From NCBI RefSeq assembly GCF_963921235.1, contig NC_086097.1:186002001-186066000 (forward strand): a stretch of DNA of 64,000 bases, read 5' to 3'. Under the pieces are notes generated by a model. The model was not told the origin of the DNA. It ran no database searches and worked only from the letters and a program-made list of their open reading frames with translations. The DNA comes from Mobula hypostoma. Its lineage: Eukaryota. This document shows positions 26,164 to 39,084 of the stretch, piece after piece. The translations under genes and the position numbers were made by a program. Each line of letters begins with the position of its first letter. Position 1 is the first letter of the stretch.

Positions 26164-28196
26164 ATGACTAGCCCAATAATCTATAAAACTACAGCTAATT
26201 CGAGAAAAAACAGTAATAAAACTGCAAATTATTATGATATAGTATTGTATATAGGAAATGCTGCAGACTGTTATAAAGTAGCATGCACAGTTATAGCTTT
26301 TGCGTTCTAACAATCTTTCAACTTCACCACACCCACATCTGCTCATTATAATGCTGGTGTTTAGGGTAGCAATGAAGGTTCTCCATCTCTGGCAGTGTTC
26401 AGGCCTTCATTGTGGAAGTAGCTCAGTTTTCACTACTGTCGGTCATGTAAGTTCTGGGTAGAGGTTCAAGGATGCTGTCTCCTTCACATGTAAAAGGATT
26501 CTTCATTGTTGTTTCTGTAACAGTTTTGTTTGACCAGTCAGTGTTGTTGACCCTGAGCTGAACCCTTGTATTTGGAGAATCAGTGAACCACTCTTAGTCT
26601 GGCCTCTACTCTTTGATCTGTTCTGCATGAGTTCTACCAAGAGCCAAAGCATAAAGCCTTGACTCCAACCAAAATAATGTAACAACAAGGTTACGGTCCT
26701 CCAACCCGAGGACGAGGTTTCAACTTCAACTCCCATGTAATTAGCACTAACTGTAAATCTGTGTACAACTTGTGACAGTAATCAAAGTAATTAGCCCTAA
26801 TTTGTAAGGTTGATTGAACCTGTCCATGGGGTTATCAATAGTTGAACTTGAAGCCTTACTCCTTTATTATATAAAGAATTATGCCATCATAATTTATTGA
26901 CACTAGCACCCCCCCCCCCAGTTATTTTTCCCTTCCATGGTTATTTATTCTTTAAATACATGTGTTTTCACCCAGTTTGTCCAATTGATCTTGTGTCATC
27001 GGTTTTCAGCTGCTTTGGCTGGGAAAGCTCTGAGATTTGTTGATTTTGCTCTTCAGAAATTCTGCAGAGTGTCAAACTGGAGTCCCTGGAGAAAATGGAT
27101 GATGTAATTTTGACCTTGGTTTAATCTTGTGTAAGAAAACTACTTTTTTTTTATAAACATAGACTCTTCAGCTTGCAATCTGAATTTAAGGTTGCATTGA
27201 AAAGGCCCAGTAATGTCCCACAGCTGGGTAGACCTTCTGGTCAGTCAGTAACTAAAATTCCTGTCAACGGACTTAGTACATGAAAGTAGTGCTCAAATAA
27301 AAGAACCCAATCCCTGAACTGAAAGTATTCTAAAGTTTTTTTATCAGATATAAAACTGACACATAACAACATTGTTGTGAAAGGCACTTGCATCATTACG
27401 TATGAAGTTTTGTCTTTTCTTTTTTGGCAGTTTCTACATTCCAACTGAGTCTTTCACTTTATTAATTCCAGACATCACATAATTGAAGGTAAAAAGCATT
27501 TCATCCCTGCAGTGACCATAAAGGCTTTTCCATAATGAAACAATTATATTTGGAGACATCATACTAAATCCACCATCTTGCCAATGCACTATGGCAACAA
27601 ACACCCTATCCTGCCGTCTATTAAGCAATTTCTGGACTTGATACAGTGAAAGGCTCAGCTGGACCATTGTCTTAGTAGTTCCAACTTGCAACTGTCTAGA
27701 GACCATGTGAAGGCATAACTGGAAGTCAGTCAACCGGCATTTTGCCACATATAGCCAGGAAAGGTTGCATGGGGTTTGTTTGGTAAAGTGCTAGGTAATT
27801 AAAATGCAGACCCACTGCTTCAATTGAACAACATGAATGCACATACTTTTGCGTTTCTTCGTATTTTTGTCTGGTATTAGATGCACACCTATAGCCTTCT
27901 GACACTGAGGTGCAAGTCTATCCTTAAGCAAAATTAACCTTGAAAGCGTAAATATTCTTAAAATAGTTAATCTTCCCATATCTTTTAATATGGGGTGTCA
28001 GCGCCTGAAAATTTATTTCCTAAGTCCATTCTTCTCCGTACATGCACAAGAGGGTATGTTTGACAGACGATGTGCTGAGAGGTAAATGGGAAGAGTGTGT
28101 ACATTGCAAAAACAAAAGCGGATTTACCAGATTGCTTGATGCATATGCTGTTGCAGGAGTCAAGATCTTATTGCTTTTCCGTTTGGGTGGATTGAA

Positions 28197-28340
28197 GCAA
28201 CAGACACAAAATGCTGGAGGAACTCAGCCGGTCAGGTAGCCTCTATGGAGGGAAATAAACGGTCAGTGTTTTGGGCCAAGACCCTCTATCAGGAATCCTG
28301 TCCATATTATTTATTTTCTTCCATTGATGCTGCCTGACCA
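28197..28340 (-). mobile_element. Short pLTR-derived insertion with degenerate hammerhead and fold-back arm
   Basis: caacagacacaaaatgctggaggaactcagc... up to tcagga. 28310-28339 is an imperfect reverse complement of 28230-28259. Confidence 0.7.
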
Positions 28341-28344
28341 GTAA

Positions 28345-29975
28345 GACCAATATATCCAAGAGAAAGAACCAAGTTTAGTGAGAACTGCCTCGGGCAGTAC
28401 TGTGAAGGCTGTTTACAATGAGCAAAGAGTCACTTTTTTGGATGCTTTTGGTGGAGTGGTTTAAAAAAAAAATTGTCCTTATTAATTTTCTTTTGGCCCA
28501 AGTTCCAATACACAACATGATTGTCTTAGGCGTGCTTTAGCATTTGCGGCCAGGGGACAACTGTACATTTAACTTTAAAACTTTCTTTAACTTTATCCTA
28601 TGTATGCTACATTGGTCAGGAAATTGTAAAAGAAAAGTATTCTAAAAGATTCTAAATGTGTTGGTTAGGATGAATCTCTACTGGCTCACAAAACAACCAT
28701 TGAAGCATTGGATCCCACATTGCAAGATTTTAGATGATAAATTAAAGGAAGTGTTATTTTAGTGCTAGCTGGAGATTTTCATCAAACACTACCAGTAATT
28801 TCAGGAGGTTGAAAGCATAATTTTTTTTTGAGAATATGTTAAATAATTACACTTGAAAACCAATATGCATCTGTAAGTGAGTTTGCTTTGAATTTACTCA
28901 AATTGGGAAAAAGATTTAACAAGAATGACTTTTGGACCACATTGTTACATCAGAATCTGATGCAAGCAGTTTCCCTAAATGTTACTCAATACTATGTGAA
29001 TTATCAATAAATGTATGAAATAGTAAACCTTGCACCAAAAAATGATACAGTACAGCCCATGAACTGAAATCTTCCTTTCAATCTTATTGAACAACCTGTA
29101 CAATATAATTTATTTGACAATATAGCACATTGGTGAGGCTGTACATTTTCTCAAATATGTTAAAATCTCTATTATCACCTGGTGTACCATCAAACAATCT
29201 TGAACGAAAAGATAGAGTTCCAGTTATGAATCCACCACTACTGTGTAAAGGCAGAAGACTATCAGTTCAGGAATTACTGCCATATGTAACTGGGGCTTCA
29301 ATACTGACTGTTAATCTTATTGGGGCAGGTGTCTTCATCAGACCATAAGACATAGGAGCAGAATCACTCACTCATTGACTCTGCACCACCACTTGATCAA
29401 GGCTCATTCATTTCCCCCCTCAATGTGGCTTTCACATCGTCTTTGGCAATTAATTTCACAGATTCACTACCCTCTGGCGAAAGAAATTCTCCCTCCTCTC
29501 TGTTCGAAAGGGACCTCCTTTTATTCTGAGGCTGTGCCCTCTGGTCCTAGACTCTCCCACTTTTGAAAATATTCTCCCCACATCCACTCTATCTAAGGTC
29601 TTTAATTTTCAGTAGCTTCAAGTGAGACGCTCCTCATTCTTCTGAACTCTAGCAAACACAGATCCAGAGTCATCAAACACTCCTTGTATACCATTTAATC
29701 TCATCTGAACTATCTTTTCAATTCAAGCAATTTAGTTCCCTGTTCACTTTTGTTTCACTGTGACAAAGAACAAGGACAATCAGTAAATATAGTTTTCCTT
29801 GATCTCTAAGCTCAGTGCTTTTCCCATGGTCATCTTTGTTGGTTGTTCCAAAGTTAGAGATAAAAATAATCTATGTTTTTACATTGAATTCAAAAGGGAG
29901 AAATGTGTATTCTGATGCACATAGAGTGAAATTACGTAAATTTATACATTGTGCTTGGGTACCTACCAGCATAAC
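28345..29975 (+). pseudogene. Helitron RepHel PIF1-family helicase fossil, interrupted by CR1 at about 29341-29690
   Basis: Ordered decayed motifs: FLDAFGG (Walker A), GTTVHLTLKLSL, DESLLAHKTTIEALDPTLQD (Walker B), VLAGDFHQTLPVI, LKTNMHL, LAPKNDTV, LKSLLSPGVPSNNL, LCKGRRLSV, FTVTKNK, CFSHGHL..GCSKV. Many stops and frameshifts. Confidence 0.88.
29341..29690 (-). mobile_element. CR1 3' fragment inserted in the Helitron
   Basis: gaccataagacataggagcagaa 3' tail; ctgaggctgtgccctctggtcctagactctccc. Confidence 0.85.
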
Positions 29976-32384
29976 TATGTTAAATATAATTTTTGTATCG
30001 ATATTTATTTTTGGTGTGTTTCTTTATTTGTAACTGTAGCTAAAGTATATGTTCATTCTCTTGCATGGAGTAATTATATGTTCCATGCAAAATCCTTCGA
30101 TGGAGGTGACATAAGATTGCAAGATGCATGAGTTTAATTGGTCTTTCTTTCTTGCTCATATCTGCTGGAGGACGGTGCTGGAGGCTTGGGCAAAGTTTAA
30201 AGTTGATGTGGTTTTTGGATTGGACTCTGTAATTCATGCTGTGTTGTGTTTCTTGTTACTCTTTTGTCTAATTGCTATGGCAGACTGGCTCTGCAGGCTG
30301 TGGTCAATGAAGGACACAGAGCTAAAATGAACTGAACTGAACATTCCCAGAATGTCATTGACTCCATGGTTTGATGTTTTAGATTGTGTTTTTGGCTTGT
30401 TTTTGCCATTTGCACAATTTATTTTTTGTGCATTGAAGAGATTTAGGAACCATTAGTAATGATCTTTCAAGAATCACTAGGTTCTGGAATGGTGTAGGGT
30501 AACTTAATTTGTGGACATGTACATAATTCACAACCACCGATATGTAGTTGGGATTTCACTTTAAGAGGCTGGTCTGACATGGCATAATTACATAAAGGGT
30601 TCTAGTGTGTTTTGTGTTTAGTTTTTGGGGCTCAGAAAATGAGTTTCTATGCTTTTTCTGAAACATAAAATGCCTCTGCTGTTTTATGTATGAAAACCTA
30701 CACTGGTGACCCCAATGCTGTAGGACGATTCCTGAGTTATTGAACATGTCGGCCAATACGGTCGCTTTGAAACTGCAGTTTTGGGAGCAAAATGCTGTCG
30801 CTTGGCTTGTATATGCCAACGCTCAATTCGTGGTTCGAGAAATCTCCGCCAACAATACTAAATATTTTTATGTGGTAGCGTCACTCAGCAGCTCCATGGC
30901 CGCAGGAGTGGTGAGTCTACTAGAACACCCGCCTGAACACGATAAATACCGATAGCTGGAAACTCAGCTTTTACAGACTTTTGGACTGTCAGAGTCTGAG
31001 TACACCAAACAGTTGCCCGACTTTGGCGATGGTAAGCCTTTGGAGCTAATGAACCATGTGCTGTATCTCCTGGGAAATCGCCATCCTTGTTTTATTCCTG
31101 AGGAATTCTTCATGCAGCAAATGCCTGATCTAGTTCGAATAGCCCTTGCTAATGCACCCGTGATGGAATATAGGGGGCTTGCTAAAATGGCTGATAGTCT
31201 ACACTCAGCAGTGATGCATCATTCCTCCTCCTTTCTCTACCTCAATAAGCCCGGTTAACAAGGCCCCCAAATTCTGGATGTCTGCAGCTGCAACACAGAC
31301 TACATCGGGTCTCTGTTTTTACCATGCTCGCTTTGGTGGGAATGCTAGGAAGCGCTGACACCCTTGTAGCTTCAACAGTGCCATCACATCAGAGGTCTGT
31401 GAACACCATTGGTTTCAGCTGCCAGGGTAATGTACTGTTCATTGCGGACACCCTTACAAGGCAACGCTTCTTGTGTGACGTGGGTGTTCAAGTTAGTGTG
31501 CTGCAAGCATCACCTATTGATGAGAAGAGAAAGAGTGATGAAACGTCACTGGAGATAGCCAACGGCAACAAGATCCAGACTTGCGGGACTTGATGGGTGA
31601 CCAAAGGACAGTTGGTCGATCTTAAGAACTGCCAGCTTGTCGATGTCAAGGACTTTGGTCATTATCCTGTTTCCCCAGAACGACTCTGTCAAGTGCATTC
31701 ACCACCCTACGTGAGTTTACTCGACTGCTGGGCAAATTCCCAAACCTCACCAAGCCCACATTGTCCACCACAGTCACAAAGCATGGGGTCGAGCACCACA
31801 CTTCCACAACTGGCCCACCAGTACATGCTGGCATGCATAGAATGGACCCAGAAAAGCTGGCAACCTCTGACTGAGTTTGTCAACATGGAAAGTCTTGGCA
31901 TTGTACTCAGGTCGAATAACCCCTTGGGCTTTGCCACTCCTTATGGTTCCCAAGTCCAGTGGTGGATGCCATCCTTGTAGCAATTACCAAACCCTTAACG
32001 AGGCTACCAACCCCAATAGTTACCTTGTCCTTCAAGACTTTTCAGCGCATTTAGCCAAGCTCAATATTTTCCAAAATCAGTTTTCTTAGAGGCTACCATT
32101 AGGTGCTTGTGTACTTGGAGGACATTCCCAGAACAGCTGTGATAACCCCATTTGGTCTCTGAGTTCCTGTGCATGCCGTTTGGGCTGAAAACTGTGGCAC
32201 AGACTTTCCAATGCCATTTTAGGTTGTCAACCATCGACTTTCTCAGCTATCACATCTTCACAGAAGTTGCAAAACGCCTCCTGTCAAAGGTAGCTGCTTT
32301 TGTGAATTTCCCACCACTCGACACTAGTAAAAAAACTACAGGAATTTTTAGGCATGCTGGCTGCCATCCTTGTGGCGATTACAA

Positions 32385-35376
32385 GGTGAGAGTGTTAGAC
32401 TTCAATGCATGCAGCATAAGGAATAAAATGGGCCATCTTGAAATTCAGCTACAGATTGGCAAATATGTTGTGGCCATCTCTGAAACTTAGCTAAAGGATG
32501 GCTGCTATTGGGAGCTGAATGTCCAAGGATGTATGGTATATCGGAAAGAGAGGTTGGTAGACAGAGGGGGTGGTGCACCTCTGTGTATAAGAAACAATAT
32601 TAAATCATTGGAAAGAGAGGACAAAGGATTGGAAGGTGTAGAGTCTCTATGGGTTGAGTTAAGAAAGGACAAGGGTAAAAGGACCCTAATGGCAGTTGTA
32701 CACAGGCCTCCAAACAGCAGCCAAGATGTGGATTACAAATTACAGCAGAAGGTAGAAAAGGCGTGTCAGAAAGGCAATGTCATGATAATCACTGGGGATT
32801 TTAACATGAAAGTGGATTGGGAAAACCAGGCCAGTACTGGACCACGAGAGAGAATTTGTAGAATGTCTAAGGGATGGCTTTTTAGAACAGCTTGTTGTTG
32901 AGCCCACCAGGAGATCGGCTGTGCTGGATTGGTGGTTGTGCTATGATCCGGAAGTGGTAAGCGAGCTTAAGCTTAAGGAACCCTTAGGCAACAGTGATCA
33001 CAATATAATTGAGTTCACTATGAAATTCGAGAAGGAAAAAATAAAATCCAATGTGTCAGTATTTCAGTGGAATAAAGGAAATTACAATGGCATGAGAGAG
33101 GAACTGGCCGAAGTTGACTGGAAAGGGACATTTGCAGGAAGGACAGCAGACCAGCAATGACTGGAGTTTCTGCGAAAAATGAGGGAAGTGCAGGACATAT
33201 TCCAAATAAGAAGAAATTTTCAAATGGAAGAAGGACGCTACCGTGGCTGACAAGTCAAAGCTAAAGTAAGAGCAGAAGAAAGGGCATACAAGGAAGCCAG
33301 AGTCAGTGGGAAGTTAGAAGATTGGAAAGCTTTTAAAACCTTGCAGAAGGAAACTAAGAAGGTCATTAGGAAGGAAAAGATGATATGAAAGGAAGCTGGC
33401 GACTAATATAAAAGAAGATGCAAAAAGCTTTTTTAAGTATATAAAGGGTAAAAGAGAGTTGAGGGTAGATATAGGACCAATAGAAAACGACGCTGGAGAT
33501 ATTGTAATGGGAGATGCAGAGATGGCAGAGGAACTGAATGCGTGTTTTGCATCAGTCTTCATAGTGGAAGACATCTGCAGTATACCGGACATTCAAGAGT
33601 GTCACAGAAGCGAAGTTTGTGCAGTGGAGATTACGGCTGAGAAGGTGCTCAGGAAGCATAATGGTCTGCGGGTGGATAAATCTCTTGGAACTGATGGAAT
33701 GCACCCTCAGGTTCTGAAAGAAGTAGCTGGATAGATTGCGGAGGTATTAACGATGATCTTTCAAGAATCGATAGATTCTGACATAATATAATCTGCAGAT
33801 GCTGGGATCAAAGCAACACTCACAACACGCTGGAGGAACTCAGCAGGTCAGGCAGCATCCGTGGAAACGATCAGTTGACGTTTCGGGCCGGAACCCTTCA
33901 TCAGGACAGGATAGATTCTGACATTGTACCGGATGACTGGAAAATTGCAAATGTTACTCCGCTATTTAAGAAGGGTGGGAGGCGGCAGAAAGGAAACTAT
34001 AGTGGTTGGGAAGTTGTTGGAATCGATTGTTAGGGATGATATTATGGAGTACCTGGAGGCGCATGTTAAGATAGGCCAAAGCCAGTATGGTTTCCTGAAA
34101 GGAAAATCCTTCCTGACAAACCTACTGCAATTCTTTGAGGAAATTACAAGCAGGGTAGACAAAGGAAATGCAGTTGACATGATGTACTTGACATGATTTT
34201 CAAAAGGCCTTTGACAAGGTGCCGTACATGAGGCTGCTTAACAAGAGAAGAGCCTATGGAATTACAGGGAAGGTACTAATGTGGGTGGAGCTTTGGCTGG
34301 TCGGCAGAAAACAGAATGAGAATAAAGGGATCCTATTCTGGCTGGCTGCTGGTCACCAGTGGAGTTCTACAAGGGTTGGTGTAGGGACTGCTGCTTTTTA
34401 TGATGTATGTCAATGATTTGGACTATGGTATTAATGGATTTGTGGCTACATTTGCCGATGATATGAAGATAGGTGGAGAAACGGGTAGTATTGAGGAAAC
34501 AGAGAGCCTGCAGAGAGACTTAGATAGTTTAGGGGAATGGGCAAAGAAGTGGCAAATAAAGTACAATGTTGGAAAGTGTATGGTCATGACCTTTGGTGGA
34601 AGAAGTAAATGGGCAGACTATTATTTAGATGGGGAGAGAATTCAAAATGCAGAGATGCAAAGGGACTTGGGAGTCATTGCGCAGGATACCCTAAAGGTTA
34701 ACCACCAGGTTGAGTTGGTTGTGAAGAAGGCGAATGCAGTGTTGGCATTCATTTCTAGAGGTATAGAATATAAAGCAGGGATGTGATGTTGAGGCTCTAT
34801 AAGGCACTTGTGAGACCACACTTGGAGTATTGTGTGCAGTTTTGGGCTCCTTATTTTAGAAAGGATATACTGACGTTGGAGAGGGTTCAAAGATTCACAA
34901 GAATGATTCCAGGAATGAAAGGGTTACCATATGAAGAACGTCTGGCAGCTTTTGGGCTGTATTCCTTGGAGTTCAGGAGAATGAGGGGGGCTTATAGAAG
35001 CATTTAGAATGTTAAGAAGCCTGAACAGATTAGATATGGCAAAGTTATTTCCCATGGTAGGGGATTCGAGAACAAGAGGGCACGACCTCAGGATTGAAGC
35101 AAGTCCTTTTAGAACTGAGATGCGGTGAAATTGCTTTAGTCAGGGGCTGGTAAATTGTGGAATTTGTTGCCACGAGCGGCTGTGGAGGCCAAGTCATTAG
35201 GTGCATTTAAGACACAGGTAGATAGGTTCTTGATTTGCCAGGGCATCAAAGCGTATGGGGTGAAAGCAGGCAAGTGGGGATGACTGGAAGAATTGGATCA
35301 GCCCATGATTGAATGGCAGAGCAGACTCGATGGGCCAAAATGGCCTACTTCTGCGCCTATATCTTATGAACTTATG
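32385..35376 (+). mobile_element. CR1 LINE, 5'-truncated at the ORF2 start (APE endonuclease and RT, disrupted)
   Basis: [49 protein letters not shown]; 3' tail atcttatgaacttatg. Confidence 0.93.
33785..33909 (-). mobile_element. 125-bp PLE pLTR-derived insertion with an intact hammerhead core
   Basis: Perfect 15-bp TSD gatagattctgacat (33770-84, 33910-24). Minus strand reads CTGATGA-agggttccggccc-GAAA-cGTC. Confidence 0.88.
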
Positions 35377-35464
35377 AATTTTGGCACTGTTTCATTCTGT
35401 GGGCTGCTGAACTTGCGCTTCACCTGTTTAATGCGCTTAAAGGCAATGCCCCTGGCAAATTTCG

Positions 35465-36765
35465 AATGTCACTCCACTCTTTAAGAAGGGATGGAGGTGG
35501 AAGAATGGAATTTACAAGCCAGTTGCCTGACCTCAGTGGTTGGGAAGATGTTGGAGTCCATTAGTAAGGTTGAGGTTTTGAGGTACTTGGAGGCGCATGA
35601 TCAAACAGGCCAAAGTCAGCATGGTTTAAGGGCGTATTTGCCTAACATATCTGTTGTTATTCTTTGAGGAAGTAACATGCAAGTTAGACAAGAGTCAGTG
35701 GATGTTGTTTACTTGAATTTTCAGAAGGTCTTTGACAAGGTGCCGTGCATGAAGCTGCTTAACAAGATAAAAGCTCATGGTATTGCAGGAAGGATACTAG
35801 TATGGATAGATTATTGGCTGACTGGCAGGAGGCAAAGGGTGGGAATACGGGGGCCTTTTCTAGTTAGCTGGCGGTGACTAGTGGCGTTCCACAAGGTTTG
35901 GTGTTGGGACCACTTCCTTTCACGTTATACCGTATGTTAATGATTTGAGTGATAGCTTTGTGGCCAACAGATTGGGAAAATAAGCAAAGAAGTGTCTGAT
36001 GGAATATAATATAGGGAAGTGTCAAGTCATGCAGTTTGCTGGGAATAAAGGCATAGACTATTTTGTAAATGGAGAGACAATTCAAAAAATCAGAGGTGCA
36101 AAGAGACTTGGGAGTTTTCATGCAGGTTGAGTCAGTAATAAGGAAAGCAAATGCAATGTTCAGCATTCAGTTCAAGAAGACTGGAATATAAAAGCAAAGA
36201 TGTAATGCTTGAGACTTCATAAGGCAGTGGTCAGACTGCACTTGGAATATTATAAGCAGTTTTTGGCCTCTTGTTTAAGAAACAATGTGCTGGCATTGCA
36301 GAGGGTCCAAAGGTGGTTCATGAGAATGATCCCGGGAATGAAAGGGTTAAAGTACAAGGAGCATTTGGTGGCTCTGGGCCTGTACTCACTGGAGTTTAGA
36401 AGAAAGGGGGTGGGGAACTCATTGATACCTATTGAATATTGAAAGGCCTAGAGAGAGTGAATTTGGAAAAGTTGTTCCCTATCATGGAGGAGTCTAGGAC
36501 CAGAGGGCACAGCCTCAGAATAGAGGGACAACTATTTAAAATAGACATGAGGTATTTCTGTAGCCAGAGCGTGGTGAATCACAGACAGCTACTTAGGATG
36601 AATCATTTGGTATATTGTAGGCAGAGGTTGATAAGTTTTTGATTAATCAGGATGTCAAGGGTTATAGGGAGAGAGCAGGAGAATGGGGTTGAGAGGTATA
36701 ATAAATCAGCCATGATAAAATAGCATGGTGGGCTGTATGGCCTAATTTGCCTCTGTCCGATGGTC
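35465..36765 (+). mobile_element. Older CR1 RT and 3' fragment (its short 5' part is at about 30440-30492)
   Basis: NVTPLFKKG, VDVVYLNFQKVFDKVP, 3' UTR. Continues the stub ...LVMIFQESLGSGM that precedes the Gypsy LTR. Confidence 0.85.
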
Positions 36766-37581
36766 TTTTGTTTATTTTTTGAGATGCAGTGCAGAATAAG
36801 CCTTACCAGCTCTTTGAGCTGCAGCGCCCAGCAATCCTCGATTTAACACTTATATTGGATTTTATTTCCTTTTACAAGGAGTCTTATGAAACCTGATGGC
36901 ATGGACATAAATGCAAACGTTATGACTACCAGCATAATAACCCTGGTATAATAGCTAGTCTGAAATGAAAATGATAGAATAGCAACACAATGTGAAATGT
37001 GGGTTTGCAGGCTGAGCAGCATTTAATTGCCTACCACTAGCTGTATTTTTGTGTGCATGTTGAAGATGCACCAAATGCTTTATAAAATGTCACTTAGACT
37101 GGGCTTTAAAGTGACTAATAACTGCCTGGTTAGAACACCTCTTCAATGGAATATTCTACTGTATGTACAGGTCTGGAAGCATAAATACTGTTTTTCATTC
37201 AAGAAAGACCATAAGACAAAGAAGCAGAAGTCAGCCATTTGGCCCATCGAGTCTGCTCCACCATTTTATCATGAGCTGATCCATTCTCCCATTTAGTCCC
37301 ACTCTCCCGCCTTCTCACCATAACCTTTGATGCCCTGGCTACTCAGATACCTATCAATCTCTGCCTTAAATACACCCAATGACTTGACCTCCACTGTCAT
37401 CCATAGAAACAAATTCCACAGATTCACCACCCTCTGGCTAAAAAAACATTTCTTCACATCTCTGTTCCGAATGGGCACCCTTCAATCCTTAAGTCATGCC
37501 CTATCGTACTAGACTCCCCCATGATGGGAAACAACTTTGCCACATCTACTCTGTCCATGCCTTTCAACATTTGAAATGTTT

Positions 37582-39084
37582 CTATGAGGTCCCCCCCATT
37601 CTTCTAAACTCCAAGGAATACAGTCCAAGAGCAGTCAAACGTTCCTCATATGTTAACCCTCTCATTCCCAGAATCATTCTAGTGAATCTTCTCTGAACCC
37701 TCTCCAACGTCAGCACATCCTTTCTTAAATAAGGAGCCCAAAACTGCACAGAGTACTCCAAGTGAGGTCTTACCAGTGCCTTATAGAGCCTCAACATCAC
37801 ATCCCTGCTCCTATACTCTATTCCTCTAGAAATTAATGCCAACATTGCATTCGCCTTCTTTACCAGCGACTCAACCTGGAGGTTAACCTTGAGAATATCC
37901 TGCACAAGGACTCCCAAATCCCACTGCATCTCAGAACTTTGAATTCTCTCCCTATTTAAATAATAGTCTGCCTGTTTATTTCTTCTGCCAAAGTGCATAA
38001 CCATACACTTTCCAACATTGTATTTCATTTGCCACTTCTCTGCCCGTTCTCCCAATCTATCCGAGTCTCTCTGCAGACTCTTTGTTTCCTCAGCACTACT
38101 GGCCCCTCCACCTATCTTTGTATCATCAGCAAACTTAGCCACAAAGACATCTATTCCATAATCCAAATCGTTGATGTACAACATAAAAAGAAGCGGCCCC
38201 AACACAGACCCCTGTGGAATACCACTGGTAACCGGCAGCCAGCAAGAATGGGATCCCTTTATTCCCACTGTCCGTTTCCTGCCAATCAGCCAATGCTTTA
38301 TCCACGTATGTAACTTTCCCGTAATTCCATGGGCTCTTATCTTCTTTAGCAGCTTCATATGTGGCACCTTGTCAAAGGCCTTCTGAAAATCCAAATATAC
38401 AACATCCACTGCATCTCCCTTGTCTAGCCTACTTGTAATTTCCTCAAAAAATTGCAATAGGTTTGTCAGGCAGGATTTTCCTTTAAGGAAACCATGCTGA
38501 GTTCTGCCTATCTTGTCATATGCCTCCAGGTACACCGTAACCTCATCCATGACAATCGACTCCAACAACTTCCCAACCACTGATGTCAAGCTAACAGGTC
38601 TATAATTTCCTTTTTGCTCCCTTGCCGCCTTCTTAAATAGCGGAGTGACATTTGCAATCTTCCAGTCCTCCGGAACCATGCCAGAATCTATTGACTTTTG
38701 AAAGATCATTGCTAATGCCTCCGCAATCTCCACAGCTACTTCCTTCAGAACACGGGGGTGCATTGCATCTGGTCCGGGAGATTTATGTACCCTTTGACTA
38801 TTCAGCTTCCTGAGTACTTCCTCTGTCGTAATTGTGACTGCGCACACTTCTCTTCCCTGATGCCCTTGAGTGTCCAGTATGCTGCTAATGTCTTCCTCAG
38901 TGAAGACTGATGCAAAATACTCGTTCAGTTCCTCTGCCGTCATCTTATCTCCCATTACAATTTCTCCAGCATCATTTTCTATCGATCCTATATCTACTGC
39001 CACCTGTCTTTTACTCTTTATATACCTGAAAAAGCTTTTAGTATCCTCTTTGATATTATTTGCTAGCTTCCTTTCATAGTTCAT
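37582..39084 (-). pseudogene. CR1 ORF2 reverse-transcriptase segment (500 aa open)
   Basis: KSPGPD, NYRPVSLTS, QHGF, YLDFQKAFDKVPH, GIPQGSVLGPLLF, KFADDTK. Separated from the endonuclease part (39213-39896) by frameshifts. Confidence 0.93.

Larger units (their letters stand above)
30493..35460 (+). mobile_element. Ty3/Gypsy (CsRN1-like) LTR retrotransposon, decayed and 3'-deleted, interrupted by CR1
   Basis: 5' LTR TGTAGG...CCTACA (30493-30702); PBS TGGTGACCCC (tRNA-Trp type); gag VALKLQFWEQNAVAW...TKYFYVVASL; protease FLCDVG; RT PWALPLLMVPK, MPFGLK. LQEFLGM (about 32340) continues as NF.HCFI.AAEL after 35377. Confidence 0.88.

Noticed and set aside
27241..27979. Chain of three short minus-strand ORFs
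   Set aside because: No motif I can confidently assign. It may be a decayed TE and needs a TBLASTN search.
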